Below are positions 55,081 through 64,000 of a stretch of DNA of 64,000 nt, in pieces (position 1 is the stretch's first letter; each line of letters opens with the position of its first letter). The notes beneath the pieces are model-generated. The model saw nothing but the letters and a program-made list of their open reading frames with translations, was not told the origin of the DNA and made no database searches. Made by a program: the position numbers and the translations under genes. Source of the stretch: Candidatus Dormiibacterota bacterium (lineage in GTDB: Bacteria; Chloroflexota; Dormibacteria; Aeolococcales; Aeolococcaceae); the NCBI GenBank assembly GCA_963718525.1, contig OY970355.1, forward strand, positions 2,112,001 to 2,176,000, in the 5' to 3' direction.

Positions 55081-56567
55081 AGCGGATCAGCCACTGGATC
55101 GGCGGCCAGGTCGTAGCGGGAACCTCCGGCAAACAGGGCCCCGTCTACAACCCGGCCACCGGCGAACAGACCGGTGCCGTCGACCTCGCCTCCGCGGCCG
55201 AGGTCGACGCTGCGGTCGAAACCGCCACAGGCGCGTTTCGCGAGTGGCGCGCAGCATCGCTTTCGCAGCGGACGACGATCCTGTTTTCGTTCCGGGATCT
55301 GCTCGACAAGCATCGCGACGATCTCGCAGCCTTGATCACGTCGGAGCACGGCAAGGTGCTCTCGGATGCCAAGGGTGAGGTGGCTCGCGGCATCGAGAAC
55401 GTCGAGTTCGCGTGCGGTGTGCCGCACCTGCTCAAGGGCGGGTTTTCGGAGCAGCCGTCCCGCGGCGTCGACGTGTACTCGATCCGGCAGCCGCTCGGTG
55501 TGGTTGCCGGCGTCACGCCGTTCAACTTTCCGGCGATGGTGCCGATGTGGATGTTCGCCAACGCGATCGCGTGCGGCAACACGTTCATCCTCAAGCCGAG
55601 TGAGAAGGATCCGTCACCGTCGCTGTTCTTTGCGGAGCTGTGGCACCGGGCGGGACTGCCCGACGGCGTGTTCTCCGTTGTGCAGGGAGCGCGCGAGGCG
55701 GTGGACCGGTTGCTCGACCACCCGGAGGTCGTCGCGCTGTCCTTCGTCGGATCCACGCCCGTCGCACGCCACATCTATGAGACAGGCACACGCAACGGCA
55801 AGCGCGTGCAGGCCTTGGGGGGCGCGAAGAACCACATGGTGGTCCTGCCCGACGCGGACCTCGACGCGGCGGCGGACGCCGCGGTGTCGGCCGGCTACGG
55901 CTCGGCGGGAGAGCGCTGCATGGCGATCTCGACAGTGGTGGCGGTCGGTGACATCGGCGAGCGGCTCGTCGCGGCGATCGCCGCGCGCATTCCCGCTGTC
56001 AAGGTCGGCGCAGGTGACGACCCGGCATCGGAGATGGGACCGCTCGTCACCCGCGAACATCGCGACAGGGTGGCCGGCTACCTCGACGACCAGGCATTGG
56101 GCGGCGCTCGTCTGGTGGTCGATGGACGCGGCAACACGCCTGCGGGCAACGGGTTCTTTCTCGGACCATCGCTGGTGGATCGGGTCACCCCCGGCTCCAA
56201 GGTGTACGACGACGAGATCTTCGGACCGGTGCTCTCGGTCGTCCGAGTCGACACGTACGACGAGGCGATCCGTCTCGTTAATGACAACCAGTACGGAAAC
56301 GGCGTGGCCATCTTCACGCGTGACGGCGGCGCTGCGCGCAAGTTTCAGTTCGAGGTGCAGGTCGGCATGGTCGGCGTCAACGTGCCGATCCCGGTTCCGG
56401 TCGCCTATTACAGCTTTGGTGGGTGGAAGGCCTCGCTGTTCGGCGATACCCATATGTACGGCCCGGACGGAATTCACTTCTACACTCGCACCAAGGTGGT
56501 CACGTCACGCTGGCCCGAACCCGGCCCGGGCAGGGTCGATCTCGCCTTTCCCAGCAACAGTGGTTGA
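55077..56567 (+). CDS. mmsA: CoA-acylating (methyl)malonate-semialdehyde dehydrogenase
   Basis: TPFNFPAMVPMWM, KPSEKDP, KRVQALGGAKNH, GSAGERCMA, EIFGPVL, GVNVPIPVP; TTG start overlaps the coxM stop. Confidence 0.93.
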   Translation: MKRISHWIGGQVVAGTSGKQGPVYNPATGEQTGAVDLASAAEVDAAVETATGAFREWRAASLSQRTTILFSFRDLLDKHRDDLAALITSEHGKVLSDAKGEVARGIENVEFACGVPHLLKGGFSEQPSRGVDVYSIRQPLGVVAGVTPFNFPAMVPMWMFANAIACGNTFILKPSEKDPSPSLFFAELWHRAGLPDGVFSVVQGAREAVDRLLDHPEVVALSFVGSTPVARHIYETGTRNGKRVQALGGAKNHMVVLPDADLDAAADAAVSAGYGSAGERCMAISTVVAVGDIGERLVAAIAARIPAVKVGAGDDPASEMGPLVTREHRDRVAGYLDDQALGGARLVVDGRGNTPAGNGFFLGPSLVDRVTPGSKVYDDEIFGPVLSVVRVDTYDEAIRLVNDNQYGNGVAIFTRDGGAARKFQFEVQVGMVGVNVPIPVPVAYYSFGGWKASLFGDTHMYGPDGIHFYTRTKVVTSRWPEPGPGRVDLAFPSNSG

Positions 56568-56598
56568 CCCTCAGGCGCCCTGCTAGGCTTCTGCAGCG

Positions 56599-57483
56599 GT
56601 GACCGAATGGACCGGCGTGAGGGACAAGCGCGTCCTGATCACGGGCGCGACACGCGGCATCGGGCTTGCCGCGGCGCAGGCGCTCGCACGCCGGGGGGCC
56701 CAGCTTGCGATCGTTGCCCGCGATGACGCACGCGGTGTGGAGGCCGCCACGAGCATCAAAGGGGAGGGGGGATCAACGGTCGACGTGCTCCTCGCCGACC
56801 TGTCCTCGCAGGCATCGGTACGCAATCTGGCGAGCGAGGTGCTCGACCGCTACCCGCGCATCGACGTCCTGATCAACAACGCAGGCGCGACGTTCACATC
56901 GCGTCAGCTCACCGAGGACGGCATCGAGCGCACCTGGGCGCTGAACCATCTCGCGCCGTTCCTGCTGACCACACTGCTGCTCGACCGCCTCAAGGCTTCG
57001 GCGCCGGCTCGGATCATCACCACCGCCTCGGACGCCCACAAAGGAAAGCTCATCCCGTTCGACGATCTCAATGCCGAGCGCTCATGGAAGGGTCGCGGGT
57101 TCACCAGATACGGTGAGACGAAGCTCGCCAACATCATGTTCACTCGCGAGCTGGCGCGGCGGCTCGAGGGAACCGGCGTGACCACGTACTCCTTTCACCC
57201 AGGTCTGGTGGCGACTGGCTTCAACCGCAACAACGGTGCTCTCATGACCATCGCGATGACGATCATCGCGCCGTTCTCGCGCAGTCCCCGGAAGGCGGCG
57301 CAGACCCTGGTCTGGCTTGCGGACTCCCCCGACGTGACCAAGCAGACCGGCGGCTACTACGAGGACCGAGCGCTCGCGGTCTCGAGCCGGCAGGCGCAGG
57401 ACCCGGCCCTGGCAAAGAAGCTCTGGGAGATCAGCGAAGAGCAGGTGCGTCCGAAAGCGCCGGCGGGGATGGGCGTTCCCTGA
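56599..57483 (+). CDS. SDR oxidoreductase (retinol dehydrogenase-like)
   Basis: ITGATRGIG, INNAG, NHLAPFLLT, YGETK, HPGLVAT. Confidence 0.92.
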   Translation: MTEWTGVRDKRVLITGATRGIGLAAAQALARRGAQLAIVARDDARGVEAATSIKGEGGSTVDVLLADLSSQASVRNLASEVLDRYPRIDVLINNAGATFTSRQLTEDGIERTWALNHLAPFLLTTLLLDRLKASAPARIITTASDAHKGKLIPFDDLNAERSWKGRGFTRYGETKLANIMFTRELARRLEGTGVTTYSFHPGLVATGFNRNNGALMTIAMTIIAPFSRSPRKAAQTLVWLADSPDVTKQTGGYYEDRALAVSSRQAQDPALAKKLWEISEEQVRPKAPAGMGVP

Positions 57484-57963
57484 TCAGCGCCGGCCGACGC
57501 GCCGGAACCAGGGCAGACGGCGCCAGGCCAGCTCGCCGGAGAGGACCTCATTGCGGACCAATTCGCTGTGCAGGATGGTGACCAGCTCGCGTTCGCGGCG
57601 GACGCTCTCGCGCTGCTCCACGCCTCGGTGGGCGTGCTCTTCGAGCGCCCGGGCCCGCCACATGTCGACCTCGCCGGTGAGCGCCACGATCTGGGCGTCG
57701 CGCTCCTGGACGCCTTCCCGCAACTGGATGATGTCGACAAGGTTGTCCATCGCGAGGAGCCGCAATGCGCGGACCGTCTCCGGGCTGTACGGCTCGTCAA
57801 CAGCCTCGGTCTCGAAGAGCGCCTGGGCCAGGCGCTGCTCGCTGCGTCCCACGAGATGGAGCGTCGGAACATCGTCCTCGAGCTCGAGCGGCGGGGGCTC
57901 GGGCGCGGGTGTGGGATCGAGGGGAATCCCGATGGTCCCTGCGGGCAGGACTCGAACGGCCAT
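57484..57963 (-). CDS. Hypothetical coiled-coil protein with a basic-aromatic C-terminus
   Basis: Strong SD AGGAGG before the ATG; fills the gap between genes; ends WRRLPWFRRVGRR. Confidence 0.7.
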   Translation of the reverse strand: MAVRVLPAGTIGIPLDPTPAPEPPPLELEDDVPTLHLVGRSEQRLAQALFETEAVDEPYSPETVRALRLLAMDNLVDIIQLREGVQERDAQIVALTGEVDMWRARALEEHAHRGVEQRESVRRERELVTILHSELVRNEVLSGELAWRRLPWFRRVGRR

Positions 57964-58066
57964 GACGGGCGACCTCCTGGAAAGACGTGGAGTGGAACGA
58001 CGAGAGTTCGCTCCCGGAAGGCTACAACGGATGCAGGCTCAGTGGCCGCCACACTAGGCTTCCAGA

Positions 58067-60750
<2,684 letters not shown>

Positions 60751-60752
60751 AC

Positions 60753-61982
60753 GTGAGCAGGCGCGTCGATCCCTCGACCTCGACGGCGCGAGCCGGCCTC
60801 GGCCGCGGGGACACCGGCGACGGCGCCGACCTGGTCGCGCCGCTGAGCCTTGCGTCAGTGCGCGCGTATGCCGATCTGCCCTCGGTGGACGAGGCGATGG
60901 AGGGCCGCAACGCATATCGCCGTTACGGCGGGGGCAACCCGCAGCGCCTCGAGGAGGCGATGATCGAGCTCGAGACGGTGCCGGGCCGCCCGGCGCCGGT
61001 TGCCCGTGTGACCTCGAGTGGCCAGGCGGCACTGCTGCTCGCCACCACCCTCGTGGTGACGCCGTCGCGCCGACAAGTCGTCGTGGTGCGACCGTGCTAC
61101 GGAGGCACCGATTCGCTCCTCGCCGGCCCCCTCGGCAATCTCGGCGTGCGGATCACAACCGTCGACGTGCCGCCGGATTGCGACGGAGACCACGGCGCCC
61201 TGCTTGCGCGCGTGCTCGGCGACGACGTCGCCGCCGTGGTGACCGAGGTCATCACCAACCCGCTCATCGGCCTCGTCGACGTCCCGGCGATCGCCGCCGT
61301 GGCGCATGCGTCCGGGGCAGCATGCATCGTCAACTCCACGTTCACGCCGCCATTCCTGTTCCAGCCGTTCGCGCACGGTGCTGACCTGGTGCTCCACAGC
61401 CTCACCAAGCACCTCGCCGGACACAGCGACGTCAGCGGCGGCGTGGTCCTCGTCGACACCGGGCACGAAGCCGCCGACTGGCTCGACTCCAACGCCCGGC
61501 TGCTCGGCTGCACGCTCTCGCCGTTCGATGCGTGGCTCGCGCTGCGCGGTCTTCGAACGGCAGGGCTGCGGATCGAGCGCTGCACCGAGAACGCCGCCGA
61601 GCTCGCGGCGTTCTTCGCCGGCAGGGCCGAGCTTCAGGCGGTGTATTACCCCGGGAGCCACGGGGGGCGGGACGCAGCACTCGCCGCGAAGCTGCTGCCG
61701 CGCGGGCGGGGCCCGATGCTGAGCATCGACCTGCGTGGCGGCGTCACCGCCGCCGATGCGTTCATCCGAGGGCTCGACGGGGTCCGCCTTGCGCCGAGCC
61801 TCGGCGACGTCGCGACCACGGTCAGCTATCCAGCGAGTACGTCACACCGGGCGCTCAGCCCGCAGCTGCGTGCGGCGTTCGGTATCGGCGACGGGCTGGT
61901 GCGCATCAGCGTCGGCATCGAGCACATCGACGACCTCAGGGCGGAGTTCGCCGCCGCTCTCGTCGCCGCGTCTGCCGGTTGA
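60753..61982 (+). CDS. PLP-dependent transsulfuration enzyme (cystathionine gamma-synthase/lyase family)
   Basis: SSGQAA, CYGGT, EVITNP, HSLTKHLAGHSD, SLGDV, LVRISVGIE. Confidence 0.9.
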   Translation: MSRRVDPSTSTARAGLGRGDTGDGADLVAPLSLASVRAYADLPSVDEAMEGRNAYRRYGGGNPQRLEEAMIELETVPGRPAPVARVTSSGQAALLLATTLVVTPSRRQVVVVRPCYGGTDSLLAGPLGNLGVRITTVDVPPDCDGDHGALLARVLGDDVAAVVTEVITNPLIGLVDVPAIAAVAHASGAACIVNSTFTPPFLFQPFAHGADLVLHSLTKHLAGHSDVSGGVVLVDTGHEAADWLDSNARLLGCTLSPFDAWLALRGLRTAGLRIERCTENAAELAAFFAGRAELQAVYYPGSHGGRDAALAAKLLPRGRGPMLSIDLRGGVTAADAFIRGLDGVRLAPSLGDVATTVSYPASTSHRALSPQLRAAFGIGDGLVRISVGIEHIDDLRAEFAAALVAASAG

Positions 61983-62030
61983 GGCGCAAAACCGACCCTC
62001 CGCGCACCGACCCGGTACTCTAGAGGACAT

Positions 62031-62255
62031 ATGGCACACGTTCGGCTCGCCAACGGCGGCGATCTCTCGGTGAAGCTCACCGTTGACGAGATCACTGCCA
62101 AGCTCGCTGCTTCCGGTGGGGCCTCGGGTTTCGTCGAGCTTCCGGGTGAGGACGGGCCGTTCCTGGTGCGTCCCGAGGCCGTCATCGCGGTGATCGCCGA
62201 TCAACGGCGCGGAGCTGCAGGATTCCGGGTGGCGCAGGGAGCCGAGGCCAGCTGA
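62031..62255 (+). CDS. Small hypothetical protein (74 aa)
   Basis: SD AGAGGA, high-GC3 codon pattern, sits cleanly between the metB-like gene and cysM. Confidence 0.75.
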   Translation: MAHVRLANGGDLSVKLTVDEITAKLAASGGASGFVELPGEDGPFLVRPEAVIAVIADQRRGAAGFRVAQGAEAS

Positions 62256-62260
62256 TCGGC

Positions 62261-63223
62261 GTGACCACGCCACAGCAACCGGCGCAGCCGGCGTTGACGC
62301 TCGTACCGAGGGCGATGGGGGAGACGATCACCGAACGCATCGGCAACACGCCCCTGCTGCGCATCCGCCTGTTCGAGGACGAGTGCCCGGACGTCTCGGT
62401 GTTCGCCAAAGCGGAGTTTCTCAATCCCGGAGGCTCGGTGAAGGATCGCCCGGCGCTCCGGATGATCGAGGACGGGGAGCGGTCGGGCCGGCTCACACGC
62501 GACCGCATCATCCTGGACAGCACCAGTGGGAACACGGGGATCGCGTACGCGATGATCGGCGCCGCCAAGGGCTATCGCGTCCGGCTGGTCATGCCCGGCA
62601 ATGTGAGCGACGAGCGACGCCAGCTGGTGACCGCGTACGGCGCAGAGGTCGAGTACAGCGATCCGCTCGAGGGCAGTGACGGTGCGATCCGTCTGGTTCG
62701 TGCCATGTATGACGAAGACCCCGACGCCTTCTTCATGCCGGACCAGTACAACAACGACTCGAACTGGCTTGCGCACTTCGACGGGACCGGGGCCGAGATC
62801 TGGGATCAGACCCGCGGTACGGTGACCCACTTCGTGGCCGCACTCGGGACCAGCGGCACGTTCGTCGGGGTGAGCCGGCGCCTCAAAAAGATGAATCCAG
62901 AGGTGCGCTGCATCAGCGTCCAGCCCGCCGAGCCGTGGCACGGTCTCGAGGGGCTGAAGCACATGGAGACGTCGATCGTGCCCGGGATCTACGATCCGTC
63001 GCTGGCCGATGAGGACATGGGTGTCGAGACCGAGCCCGCCTATGACCTCGCACGGGAGCTGGCGCGAGCGGAGGGCATTCTCGCCGGCCACTCCAGCGGA
63101 GCGGCACTCTGGGCCTGCGGTCAGGTCGCCCGCCGGATCGGTCATGGAGTGATCGTCACCGTGCTGCCCGACGGCGGTGATCGATATCTCTCCACGGGAC
63201 TGTACCGCCGGGCTGCCCGGTGA
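62261..63223 (+). CDS. cysM: Cysteine synthase (CysM-like)
   Basis: IGNTPL, NPGGSVKDR, STSGNTG, DQYNN, GTSGT, EGLKH. Confidence 0.9.
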   Translation: MTTPQQPAQPALTLVPRAMGETITERIGNTPLLRIRLFEDECPDVSVFAKAEFLNPGGSVKDRPALRMIEDGERSGRLTRDRIILDSTSGNTGIAYAMIGAAKGYRVRLVMPGNVSDERRQLVTAYGAEVEYSDPLEGSDGAIRLVRAMYDEDPDAFFMPDQYNNDSNWLAHFDGTGAEIWDQTRGTVTHFVAALGTSGTFVGVSRRLKKMNPEVRCISVQPAEPWHGLEGLKHMETSIVPGIYDPSLADEDMGVETEPAYDLARELARAEGILAGHSSGAALWACGQVARRIGHGVIVTVLPDGGDRYLSTGLYRRAAR

Positions 63224-63672
63224 ACCTGCGTTTTGCGACCGTCGCCCCGGCCGCTGAGCAGCGCATTCGCGACCTGGCCATGGCCGCCTACCCGAACGAG
63301 GGGTGCGGCGTGCTCCTCGGTAGGCGTGACGGCACGCGCATGGTCATCGTCGACGTGACGTCGGCTCGGAATATGTGGACGGAGCGCAGCGCGGATCGCT
63401 ACGACCTCGACCCCGTCGATTTCATGAAGGCCGATCGGGACGCGCGCTCGCGTGGGCTCGACGTCGCCGGGATCTGGCACAGCCACCCCGACCACCCCGC
63501 GCGGCCCTCGCAGTTCGACACCGACCGAGCGTGGCTCGACTACGTCTACATCATCTGCCGGACGACCCAGGCAGGTGCGGAGGACGTCAACGCCTTCGCG
63601 CTGGAGGAGGAGGGGGCGCCGTTCGCGCACATCTCGCTGGACATCTCGCCGGCCCCGGGCGGCGGGAAATGA
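63220..63672 (+). CDS. mec: JAMM/M67 metallopeptidase (Mec-like)
   Basis: [26 protein letters not shown]; coupled to cysM. Confidence 0.88.
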   Translation: MNLRFATVAPAAEQRIRDLAMAAYPNEGCGVLLGRRDGTRMVIVDVTSARNMWTERSADRYDLDPVDFMKADRDARSRGLDVAGIWHSHPDHPARPSQFDTDRAWLDYVYIICRTTQAGAEDVNAFALEEEGAPFAHISLDISPAPGGGK

Positions 63673-64000
63673 GCCCCGCCGGCGCGACTCGCCGGCGCCG
63701 TCGCGAAGAGGGAGATCCAATCGCGCCGGCGGTCGGTGTCATAGCGATCGTCGGCCGTCCCAACGTCGGCAAGTCGACGCTCTTCAACCGGCTCACCGGC
63801 ACGCGCCGAGCGATCGTCGATGCCTTCGCGGGGCTGACGCGGGACCGGCTGTACGGTGTCGTCGAGTGGGGTGGGAAGCGGTTCACCGTCGTGGACACCG
63901 CGGGGCTCGATGTGCCGTTGCCGCGGGACGCCGCCCCCGACATCGCAGCGCTCACGCGGGCCACCCGCGAGCAGGCGCAGATGGCGATCACCGAGGCCGA
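63669..64000 (+). CDS. der: Ribosome biogenesis GTPase Der/EngA (5' part)
   Basis: [20 protein letters not shown]...[15 protein letters not shown]; runs off the window edge. Confidence 0.93.
   Translation, partial: MSPAGATRRRRREEGDPIAPAVGVIAIVGRPNVGKSTLFNRLTGTRRAIVDAFAGLTRDRLYGVVEWGGKRFTVVDTAGLDVPLPRDAAPDIAALTRATREQAQMAITEA

Noticed and set aside
62031-62255. Small ORF as a CysO/MoaD sulfur carrier
   Set aside because: There is no C-terminal or near-terminal Gly-Gly and no recognisable beta-grasp pattern.

Overview
High-GC bacterial chromosomal window, almost entirely coding. Lipoprotein solute-binding proteins and the absence of outer-membrane genes suggest a monoderm soil-type organism (inference; taxonomy is not established). 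There are five blocks. (1) 1-30.3 kb is a catabolic cluster: MmgE/PrpD, GntR, three family III CoA-transferases (one a clear mesaconyl-CoA C1:C4 transferase/Mct homologue), a CitE-like lyase, a hydantoinase/oxoprolinase A+B pair, FAH, a Liv-type ABC importer, a flavoprotein, MFS, a frameshifted enolase-superfamily enzyme, a RipB/Ich-like MaoC hydratase, an HpcH-like aldolase, an AtuA-like + DUF4387 pair, IclR and an E3-less 2-oxoacid dehydrogenase. (2) 30.8-37.2 kb is a heme-copper oxidase operon led by an unusual membrane-anchored cupredoxin; subunit I lacks the canonical D-channel Asp and K-channel Lys. (3) 37.2-51.1 kb holds sugar and amino-acid ABC transporters, an unannotated 52-aa CxxC/CxxC microprotein abutting a GntR gene, mgsA and MFS genes. 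(4) 51.4-57.5 kb is a form II coxSLM-like molybdoenzyme coupled to mmsA. (5) 58-64 kb is housekeeping: M20 peptidase, eno, metB-like, cysM, mec, der. I recognised no rRNA, tRNA, CRISPR array, transposase or integrase. Two single-base frameshifts and two apparent ATC/ATA starts could be biology or assembly error. All family assignments come from motif recognition by eye, not database searches.
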